This document shows, piece after piece, positions 43,086-52,776 of a stretch of DNA of 64,000 nucleotides (position 1 is its first letter; every line of letters begins with the position of its first letter). The stretch covers positions 3,168,001 through 3,232,000 of the forward strand of contig OZ240245.1 in assembly GCA_965198175.1 (NCBI GenBank), read 5' to 3'. Both the position numbers and the translations under genes were made by a program. Source of the DNA: Candidatus Poribacteria bacterium (GTDB lineage: Bacteria > Poribacteria > WGA-4E > PCPOR2b). Under the pieces are notes generated by a model. The model was given only the letters and a program-made list of their open reading frames with translations, was not told where the DNA came from and did no database searches.

Positions 43086-44003
43086 TCAATTGAAATTACG
43101 GTCCCCATCCGATTCAACGTCAAAATCATCGCCATTCTTTAAAAGCGCTCGAGTTCTGTCGTGGAACTCTCGATCATTATCATTTGAGATGTAATCACCG
43201 CATATTCTACGGAAGACAGCGTTCTCTATAATGCTGTCAATGTAACCATAGTCAAGCTTGGTTCGCCGCTGAATTTCCGTTGGATCCACACCGTTTTTGT
43301 ACATACCGAGTACCTCGTGCTCGACGCGTTGACGCAACATCCATTCTTTCAACTCATCTTCAGTGACGCCGGTCTCCGCAGTTATTTCATCGAAGCTTTT
43401 GCCTCGGCGCAGCATACCGTGCGCTTCGACTTCGGCTGCTGTTTTGTTTATCACTTCTATTGCGTTTTCAATGATCTCAGATTCTGATTCTGGTGACTGC
43501 GATTCAACCAATTGCGCTTCCGCTACCGTGTCCTCGTCATGGTTGTCTTGCACGACTGCTGGGAGAGGCGGTTTGATGTTCTTGACGGCTTGATTCAGCG
43601 TTAGCAACGCTTTGGGAACGAGCGAGATTTGTTCTTTTGGGCTAAGGGATGAAATTGTAGATTCCAGATTGTCAAATGCGGCGTTCAACGCAGTCACAGA
43701 CTTGGATTCGAGTTGCCGGAGGTGCTTTTCTCGTGCCGTAGCATAATTAGCCTGCATTAGCCTATATTGCTTAGCCCACTTTTCGGCGTTGTATCGGCTG
43801 TCGTTCGGGTTGACGGTGCAGATGGCTTCTTTCGCCAATCGACGGTCGGCTTTTGGATCGCCTGTAGATCGCTCCGGATATCGCTCGACAAGCGCGTCAG
43901 CGACTTCGGTTGTGCCATAGTCCTGCGCAAACATGGCGAGCCATTCAGCGAGTTCGGATTGAGTCTGGTGGTACGGGTTTTTGTAACTTCGTTTTTGTGT
44001 CAT
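43086..44003 (-). CDS. Phage-like hypothetical protein with two C-terminal HTH-like segments
   Basis: 305-aa ORF with GAGG RBS; 'MLRRGKSFDEITAETGVT..EL..W' and 'MYKNGVDPTEIQRRT'; N-terminus loosely DUF2280-like by eye. Confidence 0.5.
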   Translation of the reverse strand: MTQKRSYKNPYHQTQSELAEWLAMFAQDYGTTEVADALVERYPERSTGDPKADRRLAKEAICTVNPNDSRYNAEKWAKQYRLMQANYATAREKHLRQLESKSVTALNAAFDNLESTISSLSPKEQISLVPKALLTLNQAVKNIKPPLPAVVQDNHDEDTVAEAQLVESQSPESESEIIENAIEVINKTAAEVEAHGMLRRGKSFDEITAETGVTEDELKEWMLRQRVEHEVLGMYKNGVDPTEIQRRTKLDYGYIDSIIENAVFRRICGDYISNDNDREFHDRTRALLKNGDDFDVESDGDRNFN

Positions 44004-44311
44004 TTTATCCTCTCTGGTGATTTAGATGGAACGTCTAGGTGATTTGTCCTTTCGACGGTTACAATAATCCTACGTTTTTCGTGTATATTATACCACATCT
44101 GAGCTGTATCATGCAGGCGTTTTATATCAACTAATATTTAGGTATTTGAACACCGAAAGCCTCCTGGTTCAGCAGTTCATCGCCGGATAGCGTAACACCT
44201 CAATGAATCGGGTAACTAATACTTGTGCTGAGCGCATTAAAACTTTGAATGGAGATTTTCAAGCGCGTTTTGAAAAAAAAGGGGGTTGAAAGCCGTTTGA
44301 ATGAATCTTTA

Positions 44312-44340
44312 TTGAACTCGCTCTGATTTTTTGCTATACT
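44312..44340 (+). promoter_or_regulatory. sigma70-type promoter for dndC
   Basis: TTGAAC-17 nt-TATACT with extended TG. Confidence 0.55.
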
Positions 44341-44382
44341 TAAAACAACTTCAATACGAATCAACACCAAGGAGATTATCCA

Positions 44383-45804
44383 ATGGCTAAGGAGACCGAT
44401 GAAAAAGCGTATTCCATTTTTAATAATCGTACCGTTGCAGACATTCATCAAGGAATCCAGGAGGTTTATCTCTCCGATTCACGTCCATGGGTAGTGGGCT
44501 ATAGCGGCGGAAAGGACTCAACGACGGCGCTTCAACTGATATGGTATGCCCTCGAAGAACTTCCGCCTGAACAACGGCAAAAACCAGTTTACGTCATCAC
44601 GTCCGACACGCTGGTGGAAACCCCTGTGATTGTGGATTACATTACGAGCACCTTGGATCGAATTGAACAGGCTGCCCGAAAATCAGGGATGCCGTTTCAA
44701 ACGCACATTGTCACACCGAAAACGGACGAGACGTTTTGGGTGAACCTCATCGGCAAGGGGTATGGGGCTCCGTACTCGAAATTTCGTTGGTGCACCGATC
44801 GGATGAAGATTCAGCCAGCGAATCGATTCATACTTGAGAAAGTGGCTGACTATGGCGAAGTCGTTCTAATTCTCGGTGTTCGCAAAGGGGAGAGCACAAC
44901 ACGAGATCAGGTGTTGAGTTTGCATCAAATCAAGGGGTCCCAACTTTCGCGCCATACGTCACTACCCAACGCTTTTGTGTACACGCCAATCGTCGACTTT
45001 GGTCTCAACGATGTGTGGATTTACCTGTTTCAAGTCCCCTCGCCATGGGAAAATGACAACAAGGAGTTATTTGCGCTGTATCGTAATGCAAACGCAGGGG
45101 AATGTCCGTTAGTCGTTGACGAGACGACGCCTTCTTGCGGCAATAGCCGATTCGGGTGCTGGACGTGTACCGTTGTCTCGAAAGACAGGTCAATGGAAGC
45201 GATGATTGACAACGGCGAGGATTGGATGATGCCGTTACTCGAATTTCGGGACTTTCTCGCCTCAACGCAGGAACCGGAAAACAAGGCTAAAATTCGGGAA
45301 CATCGCCGTCGTGGCGGATTTGTTAGTGAACGAAATGGGCAGTTGGTTCGTGGACCCTATAAATTGGAGTTTTGTAAAGAACTGCTACGAAGACTTCTAG
45401 AAACACAACAGCAGGTTCGTCAGGAAGGTCCCGATCCAAACATTGAGTTAATCACTCCACCAGAGCTTGAAGAGATTCGTAGAATCTGGCGGACCGAGCG
45501 TCAAGATTGGGAGGATTGTGTACCACAGATTTATCGAGAGGTTGTGGGCGAAAAACTCGACTGGATTGAGGATGACCTTGGGACATTCACAGCGTCCGAT
45601 AAAGCGATTTTAGAAGAGCTATGTATCGACTCGGAAATTCCTGTTACGCTCGTTGCGAAGTTACTCGACACGGAGAGGCAATTCTACGGAATGAGTCGTC
45701 GGGCGGCAATATATGACCGAATCAATGCGGTTTTTCACGAAGATTGGCGATCTGAAGGAACTGTGCTTGCCGACCTTGAAAAGGACGTGGAGAATATGAA
45801 CTGA
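44383..45804 (+). CDS. dndC: DNA phosphorothioation sulfurtransferase DndC
   Basis: PWVVGYSGGKDS, SDTLVETP, RWCTDRMKI, ECPLV, CGNSRFGCWTCTVV, GPY; followed by dndD start. Confidence 0.93.
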   Translation: MAKETDEKAYSIFNNRTVADIHQGIQEVYLSDSRPWVVGYSGGKDSTTALQLIWYALEELPPEQRQKPVYVITSDTLVETPVIVDYITSTLDRIEQAARKSGMPFQTHIVTPKTDETFWVNLIGKGYGAPYSKFRWCTDRMKIQPANRFILEKVADYGEVVLILGVRKGESTTRDQVLSLHQIKGSQLSRHTSLPNAFVYTPIVDFGLNDVWIYLFQVPSPWENDNKELFALYRNANAGECPLVVDETTPSCGNSRFGCWTCTVVSKDRSMEAMIDNGEDWMMPLLEFRDFLASTQEPENKAKIREHRRRGGFVSERNGQLVRGPYKLEFCKELLRRLLETQQQVRQEGPDPNIELITPPELEEIRRIWRTERQDWEDCVPQIYREVVGEKLDWIEDDLGTFTASDKAILEELCIDSEIPVTLVAKLLDTERQFYGMSRRAAIYDRINAVFHEDWRSEGTVLADLEKDVENMN

Positions 45805-46037
45805 TGATCCTCCACCGACTCACACTCAAAGATTTTGGACTCTTTTCTGGGGAGCAGACGTTTTGTCTGACTCCGCGAATCAGATACAAGAAGCGGCGTC
45901 CTGTCATCCTCATTGGAGGCAAAAGCGGGACAGGCAAGACAACTATACTTGAAGCTGTACGTCTCTGTTTGTACGGTCCCCGATCGTTGGGCAACCGTCA
46001 ATGGGTAACCAATCCTATTCAACTGTCACCTAATTAG
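45804..46037 (+). pseudogene. dndD: DndD ATPase, N-terminal fragment only
   Basis: TGATG overlap with dndC; 'LTLKDFGLFSGEQ', Walker A 'GGKSGTGKTTILEAVRLCLYG'; stops after 77 aa. Confidence 0.88.
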
Positions 46038-47008
46038 GATAGTTTTGTGTAATTAAGTCATTCTCGAAAAACATTTCCGCGATGCCACGCCATGGCGTCC
46101 TGCGCAGGATAAAACTTAGCTTGGTCAGGCAACTGTATTCTTTTTTTTCGGAGTTCGATGAGTACCCACTCTGACGCATGTTGGTCGTATAATTCCGGTG
46201 AAACCTTGACTCTATAAGTCTTGCTCAACGAGATTAGTCCTCTGTCAAATGCCCAATGATGCAGCTTGCACAACGAAATCCCGTTCCGTACATCGTTATT
46301 TTGAAAGGCATGATACGGGATGATGTGGGCGGCATCGGTTGCGCTCTCTCCGTCTGTAGTGACGATACACAACTCGCAGACAGCACAAGTATAGTTGTAC
46401 AGTTGCATGATTGCGCGACGGAAACCCGCTTGACGAATGCGAATTATCCTTTGGACTAGTGTCGCTGGTTGTTCCGCTACCAAAGGAAGTTTGGTCCTAG
46501 TGAATAGTGAATAGGTATATTTCCAAGTCTCCTGATTCTCCGCAATGAGATTTACCAATTCTTCCTCGAAGTCTGGAAAATAGGTTTGGATAAGCGTTTG
46601 GCGTAGCACCTCTCGACTGGCTGGATCGACCAACAAAACAAAGAGTTCGTCATCAAGCGTCGAATGGGATACAAGTTTACGTAGACGAGATATGCTTGTG
46701 ATCCGACGTGCGCTACTCAATTCCCTTTCATACCCTGCGTTTGCATGGAGGTGCCAAAATCCAGTACTCTTTTTACCTTTTAAGTGAAAAAACGGCATAG
46801 CGATGTTAGGTTGCCGTTCGGTCACTATTGGCCAATACTTGAGGAAAGTTGCCGCTAATTCAGCACACAAGCGAATTTTGTTTTCGGAAAACTGTCCACT
46901 ATCTATCAACTCTATGATCGACAAGAGAAGGACCTGCTGATGTGGTGCGGGACCATGCGCCATGTCTACATTCAAGTGACTGAATTTGTGGATATATTTT
47001 CTTAAGCT

Positions 47009-48076
47009 TAGGAGTTACGCAGTTGAGAGCAAATAGGTTATAATTTGAGCATGAATCCATCGAAATATAATGACATTGACTATATCAATTTCTTGGTTGG
47101 CACTCAGAAAAGTTACAGTTGTCTTGAGGCAGAAAAGGTTCAACCCCAAACTGATGACTCACCGGCTCATGATTCGATAACCAGACTTTTGCATCGAGAT
47201 GAACCCGATACCGGCAAACTGTGGCACGAATCAAAAAGTCAGGTGAAATTGAAATCAGGAATTCTAGTTATAGATGATTCGACCCTTAGATGAAGGATCG
47301 ATCCTTCATCTGATAAACCTTATTCCCAAAAGATTGACCTAGTGACAAAACACTGGTCGGGGAAACACCATCGAGTTGTGCATGGCATTAACCTAATCAC
47401 TTTGCTTTGGACGAATGGCGATAGACATATTCCATGTGATTATCGAATCTATAACAAAGCCAAGGACGGCTTGACGAAAAATGACCATTTCCGTGCAATG
47501 CTGACGGAAGCGAAGAACCGTGGCTTTGTTCCCGAATGTCTTTGCTTTGATAGTTGGTATGCTAGCCTAGAGAATCTAAAAGCCGTCCGAGATTATGGTT
47601 GGAGATGGCTGACTCGTCTAGCTGCCAACCGACGGGTCAGTAAAGATTATTCCGGTAATCGTCCTGTAAGTACAGTGCCGATTGAATCAACGGGTACGAT
47701 TGTTCATCTTAAGGGTTATGGATTGATTTTGGTATTCAAGGTGGACACTCCAGAAGGTGACATTGAATATTGGGCAACGAACGACTTACACATGAACGAG
47801 TTAACACGTCTCAAATATACGGAATGGTCTTGGGCAATAGAAGAATATCATCGTGGCATTAAGCAATTCGTTGGCGTCGAACGGGCACAAGTGCGGTCGA
47901 CTCGCACTCAAAGCAATCATATCGGTTTAGCGCTGAGAGCCTTTCTGAGAATTGAGCATTACTGTTATCATACCGGCACCAGTTGGTTTGAAGCAAAACT
48001 CTCAATTGTCAGAAAGGCTGTCCGTGATTATTTGGTGCAGCCTCTTTTTACGCTTGAGTCAACTGCGTAACTCCTA
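47009..48076 (+). mobile_element. IS701-family insertion sequence
   Basis: Perfect 18-bp terminal IRs TAGGAGTTACGCAGTTGA / TCAACTGCGTAACTCCTA; 5-bp target duplication AAGCT at 47004-47008 and 48077-48081. Confidence 0.92.
47051..48070 (+). pseudogene. IS701-family DDE transposase with in-frame stop from a 24-bp insert
   Basis: 'LVIDDSTL|DKPY', 'HWSGKHH', 'FDSWY', 'WAIEEYHRGIKQ'; TGA at 47291-47293. Confidence 0.88.
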
Positions 48077-48276
48077 AAGCTATTGGTGGACATATTATCT
48101 TTATGAATCTCTGGTTATAAATCAAATAGTAGCACACCGATCGAATCGAGAAAGGGTAAACATGGCAAATTCTTTTCTAAACATAAACAAAAGAAAGGTG
48201 ATTGACCAAGTGATGTCACAGACGGTGGAATTCTCAGAACTTCATCGCTTTAACTTATCGCATTCATAAAGTAATT

Positions 48277-48589
48277 CGCTGGACAGGTGTTTTGGTTGCA
48301 TTGTATCCTGCGAGATGAAGCTAGGTGATTGTCAACGATTCATCTCGGCTTCCTCCAGTCGTGTGAGGTGACTAACCGCCTCACGGGACGTATTGATTGC
48401 CATAATTAGGACGTGAATCCCTGTGCCTGAGGCAACCCAGTTTCACTGTTCAGGAACTGGATTGTCGATTCTCTCACCTAGTCTTAACACTCCTAACCAA
48501 ATTGAGTATCCCAATGAACCAGCGTCTGGACAAAAGGGCGCAGGTGTTTTATTGCCTGCTTTTGTCGCTCAATCTAACAAAGGAGTGTT
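48277..48589 (+). ncRNA. Candidate pseudoknotted cis-regulatory RNA with SD-sequestering domain
   Basis: At least seven complementary segment pairs; non-canonical pairs are mostly G-U on + strand (see findings). Confidence 0.55.
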
Positions 48590-48594
48590 CACCA

Positions 48595-48885
48595 ATGTTT
48601 ATCGAATTTCCTCAGCCCGACAAGCTCATCAACATTGACATCATCGACCGAATTGAAATCCAAACTGTTCGGTAGCGTGGAGAGATGAATCACAAACTGT
48701 TGCTTTATCGCAATCATAGCTACTCGGTCGGCACTCCAAGCAGCAGCAAAAATTTCAATGGCGAAATCTGGCGATTCGTGCTGATGAAGCCACAAAACAA
48801 AGAGCAAATCTATGAGGTGTGGAATACTCTCATCGAAAACCTCGGCGAAGAAGTCGTTACCATCAATACCCCGCTTCTGGGGTAA
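48595..48885 (+). pseudogene. Small hypothetical gene with in-frame TAG
   Basis: AAGGAG RBS, MFIEFPQPDKLINIDIIDRIEIQTVR* (TAG 48673) continuing in frame into the 48685-48885 ORF. Confidence 0.55.
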
Positions 48886-48943
48886 AATCTAAGGGAGCGG
48901 CTCACGCCGTCCCCACTACTTTACAAGGAGATTTACAACGTCT

Positions 48944-49129
48944 ATGAAACTGATTATCGAGGAGCGACTCCAAGCTGTTGAAGTTGAAGTGAAGAACCTC
49001 AAAACTCACTTGGAAGCATTGCCACCCACGCATGACGTTTCCGTTGATAATGTGCATGGTATAGTTACTGATATGGTTAATAGTATATTCGATCACGCAC
49101 GAGCAATCGAACGCGGTCGTACTATATGA
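48944..49129 (+). CDS. Small hypothetical protein
   Basis: 61-aa ORF preceded by hairpin and AAGGAG. Confidence 0.55.
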   Translation: MKLIIEERLQAVEVEVKNLKTHLEALPPTHDVSVDNVHGIVTDMVNSIFDHARAIERGRTI

Positions 49130-49203
49130 TATAACCCAGAAATGGATTAACATCTATGGACGGGGCGACTAGCTCCGCCCCCCTACTCTACAAGGAGATT
49201 GTT

Positions 49204-49446
49204 TTGATAGATACTACCACTCAGGAGGAACTCAGATGTAAGAAGTTGATTATCGTTGGCAATAATGGCGAAGAAGTTATCTTGCGTGTTGCTACGGAGC
49301 CTGCCGTACGCGATTCACTTGATAACCATGTGATAAGAGAGGCAATTACGCGCATTCGATTTGAAGACCACAATGGCAAAATTCAGGATATCGCATCCGT
49401 CCCTGAAGGTCAAGTCGAACTCGCATTAAGTAATCCTGTTAGCTAG
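49204..49446 (+). CDS. Small hypothetical protein
   Basis: TTG start after hairpin and AAGGAG; in frame with ORF 49156-49446. Confidence 0.5.
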   Translation: MIDTTTQEELRCKKLIIVGNNGEEVILRVATEPAVRDSLDNHVIREAITRIRFEDHNGKIQDIASVPEGQVELALSNPVS

Positions 49447-49681
49447 ATAGGAACAGCATAAATTTGCCCATCAACTATCACAATTGACGATGGCGGTAAA
49501 GCCTTCAGCAAGTCATTATAATGGGACCCAAGTGTGCTAATTGGGTGTCCGATTGGCACACTACCTTCCTTCAACATGGGCGGCGTGTTTTTCACCAAAT
49601 TACTTATAAATCGTTCTGAACCTATTTGTTTTTCGCTTTTAGTTTCCATAACTTTCACGTCACATCACACGGAGATATGTA

Positions 49682-49885
49682 ATGCTAACCAATTCTGACC
49701 TAATAAGCCAAATCGAAAGTAAGGTTATTACATTAGAATCACTTCTTTCTGAGATTAGAGAAAACTTAGGCTGCCCTGAGTTTTTCAACAATCGAGAGGT
49801 ACAATTAAAGTTGTTATTAGATAGCGTCCATGTCAATCTTAATCAATGGTTCCGTGATAGAGATCGCCCACCCGTTTCGGATTAA
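49682..49885 (+). CDS. Small hypothetical protein, 3' end runs into IS3 fragment
   Basis: GGAG RBS; last codons overlap the IS3 remnant. Confidence 0.45.
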   Translation: MLTNSDLISQIESKVITLESLLSEIRENLGCPEFFNNREVQLKLLLDSVHVNLNQWFRDRDRPPVSD

Positions 49886-50310
49886 CAATATGTTCTTGAG
49901 AGCGAAGCCATGCAGTCAACCGAGGCACCCCATAGAACGGCGTCTTAGTGTACTGTTCGTCTACTAGACGCATATAGAGTAAATTTTGTTGCGATTCTAC
50001 TACAGGTCGGTAATAGAACGAAGACCTAGACAACCCCAATAGTTGACATTGTCTCGACACCGACGGTGAACGACAGCCCGGTTCAACAAGTTGCCGCTTC
50101 GGTTCAACGGAGCCGTTGAGTTTTTTTTGAAGCCAGTCGAGCTCTACCTTCAACTGACCGATTTGGCGATAGAGTTCAGCGACTAGCTGTTCGTTGTCGG
50201 AATCTGCTTTTGAACGTCCGTTTGCAAAGAGTTGAGGTAATGCTTCAAGCACTTGCTTTTTCCATTGACTGACTTGATTCGGGTGGATTCCATATTCACT
50301 GGCAATGTGT
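49868..50310 (-). mobile_element. IS3-family transposase fragment (orfA end and orfB start)
   Basis: 'EYGIHPNQVSQWKKQ', 'LYRQIGQLKVELDWLQKK', A8 run at 50121-50128, 'SRQCQLLGLSRSSFYY', 'PFYGVPRLTAWL..VNPKRV'; no DDE core or IRs. Confidence 0.88.
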
Positions 50311-50351
50311 TGAGCCCGTGAAATTCTTGGTTTGCCATGCTAACTTCCGGA

Positions 50352-50472
50352 AGTCCGTAGGTTGGGTTGAGAGTGTAAAATAAATGCCTAGCTAAGGCAA
50401 ATGAGAGCGTCGCTAGTCACCGATGCTGTTGCCGCGCATAAAGATAGACCCAAACCCAACACCCAATCTACG
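50352..50472. repeat. GTAG-type REP-like element
   Basis: GTAGGTTGGGTTGAG...AACCCAAC..CTAC; related copy at 63653-63766. Confidence 0.7.
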
Positions 50473-50539
50473 TGTTAATCATCATGCGTGGGTATCACTA
50501 CAGACTTGGGAGACCCAATTTGAATTGAATCCCGAAGTC

Positions 50540-52138
50540 CTAGCGTAATGCTTCGTGTTTTTCATCAGCGTTAATCTGGAAGCGTTCTAACAGAAAATCG
50601 CGTACTCCTTGCAGTGAGGAGTTGGTTAAAATTCCATCCGGTATGATGACCGCTGCACTTCCAATGCCGGGCTTGAGGAAAGCCCAGATGCGCTCAATAA
50701 AAAGGATCTCAGTCCGTTGGTTCTTGCGAGGTTTGTTGTTCCCTGCTTTATTCATCTGATTGCCCAATTCATAATCCTCAAGATAGGGATGTTCAGATAA
50801 CGACACTTTTGCGCCGAAAGGCGGGTTGGTCAAAATCAGGTCGATGGCGCCTTCTTTAAACTCATTGTTGCCGGTCCTTTCACGAATGCGGTCAAATTGT
50901 TGCAGTGCGTCCGCGCTGATGACGTTGGTGTGACCGTCGTCGTGGAGAATCATGTTCATTTTAGCGACACGAGCAATCTCTTCATTGACCTCAATTCCGA
51001 AAAGCATCGCTTTAGCGAAATCGTGCCAGTGCTTAAAACGGTCTACAGGATCGTCGTGATAATCGTTCGCCTCTTCACGCACATAGTCAAGCGCATGGAG
51101 TAGGAAACCACCAGAACCACAGGCTGGATCTAGTACGCGTTCATGGTTTTGGGGCCGCATCATTTGGACCATGAAATCAATAATTTCCCGCGGGGTGAAA
51201 TACTGACCGAAGTGGCCCTTGAAAAAGCCGTCCATAAACGTTTCAAATGCTACTCCTTTTGTATCAAGATCAGTCTTAGAGAGGTTAATGCTTTCGATAT
51301 GGGAGACAATGGTGCGGAGCGTTGCGGCGTCAATCTTGATGGTATCAGTGAAAACATCAGGTTCTCTCCGCTGCTGCACCTCATAGATTGACCGGATGCG
51401 CTCCGCGAGTTTGCTACTCGGCTCGTGTGTTTTGATTTGGAATTCGTAAGGTTCTCCATTTCTACGGTTTGCCTGCTCATCGTTGATTTTGACAAAGATA
51501 ATTTTACATAGTTCGCCGAAAGCCTCTGGGGGCGAGAGTTTGCCGCCTCCCCAAAGGGTCTGATGGCATTTCTTAATCGTAGAAATGAGCATTTCTTTGG
51601 AGACAGCCGAAATATCGTCTTGAGTTCCTTTCCGAAAACGGAATTCCTCTGGCTTGCCATACCGTCGCGGAAGGTCTGCAACGATATTTGCTTCACGTTC
51701 GAGAACCCCGTATCTCGGAGAGAAATCGAGAAATCGCCGTGTCTGACCTGCGACGACCCCAACAAAATTTGCGCGGAACTTTGCCCATGTTCCGTTGCCA
51801 CAAGCTTGCTCAACTGCTTGATTAAATTCTGAATCGGTGATGTCATCCTGCTTGAACTCAATCACCGCGTAGGGCTGAGTCCGTTTGTCATCGTGAAAAA
51901 TGACTAAATCGGCGGCGTCTCTTGGGGTGCGGTCAGGTACGGTTACTTCAACCCCAATACGGTTCGGTTCATAGCCGTAGCGGTAGACTAGTTCTGCCCA
52001 ATATTCAGCTCTAACTTTCTCTTCAGGGTCAGCATATCGTTCTTTGTGGTCAATTGCAACATAGGTAATCTTTTCAGCTTTCCCCTCTCCTGAAAGGTAA
52101 GCATCTTCATTTTTTAGTGCATTTTCTATGTAGGTCAT
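50540..52138 (-). pseudogene. Restriction-modification fused nuclease/N6-adenine methyltransferase (type IIG/BcgI-like), probably C-terminally truncated
   Basis: N-terminal 'PEEKVR..YGY..ADLVIF..IEFK'; GQYFTPR, DPACGSGGF, NPPF, 'IIPDGIL'; ends abruptly after 'FQINA'; no specificity subunit follows. Confidence 0.8.
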
Positions 52139-52481
52139 GTTATTCTCCAGTGGGAAAAAATTATTGCGTTGCAGTCGTGGGGTCTTTATTAGTCGTTCGG
52201 GATAGCGATTATCCGGCTATCAATTGGCATTGTTGCGAAGTTTCGCCTCGTTCTCCTGTCTGAAACCATCATATAATTACCCTTAACAGAGGATAAGAGG
52301 CGCATAAGACAATCAGGATTACTCTATACGAATAACGTCAGTAGTTTACCACATTCGACAAGTAATCTGTTACGTTTTTGCTTTAGGTGCCAAATAATTA
52401 AAGACGGGGACGGCTGTGGAAGGGTAAAACGGCTGTCTTTTTCGTAATGATTCATCCGAGGTAACTCTGTAATGTTGGCAG

Positions 52482-52597
52482 TTGCAGCATACAGTTGAAA
52501 ACCAATTGTCGGATATGCTATACTAGCTGAACTTGAGGTGTGACGCGCACCTGCGTATGCCTAGGGACGATATGGTCATGCTTGGGCAAACTGCGGT
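52482..52597 (+). repeat. Diverged copy of the promoter and first codons of the CPBP gene (60105-60219)
   Basis: Shared TTGCAGCATAC.GTTGAA, TGCTATACTAGCTGAACTT.AGGTGT, TAGGGA.GATA..GTCATG. Confidence 0.8.
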
Positions 52598-52641
52598 AAG
52601 TCATAGACCGAAAATCACACGCGATCACTTACGCGGTACAT

Positions 52642-52776
52642 TTAGATCCTGTTTGGAAAGTATGTGGCAGAGCCATTGTTTGGCCATTTGAGGGTCAAAA
52701 TCATGGGATTTTCAAGGCATTTACTCCAAAATGGTTTCTCTCGAATACGGATTTGGACTTTTCAAACAGGCTCTAA
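52642..52776. mobile_element. ~135-bp MITE with IS5-type ends
   Basis: TTAGATCCTGTTTGGAAAGT ... ACTTTTCAAACAGGCTCTAA, nearly the same IRs as the 54504-54966 element. Confidence 0.8.

Larger units (their letters stand above)
46058..48093 (-). pseudogene. SBD-HNH (phosphorothioate-dependent type IV restriction) endonuclease, split by IS near its start
   Basis: 'APHQQVLLLSIIELI', 'MPFFHLK..GFWHL'; HNH 'FRRAIMQLYNYTCAVC..AAHIIP..NGISLCKLHHWAFD'; removing the IS restores MSTNSLRKYIHKFSHLNV from ATG at 48093. Confidence 0.85.

Noticed and set aside
48340..48470. Loose resemblance of CTTCCTCCAGTC / ATTGTCGA to HEARO/omega RNA, and of CACTG..GGAA to a cobalamin riboswitch
   Set aside because: No IscB/IsrB gene follows, and the conserved GGGAA/B12-box elements are absent
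9932..48675. Repeated in-frame TAGs (9932, 36359, 36524, 37056, 48673) suggesting amber recoding
   Set aside because: Most of the affected genes also carry TAA stops, frameshifts or deletions, and core genes such as rplI and ispF end normally at TAG; decay explains it
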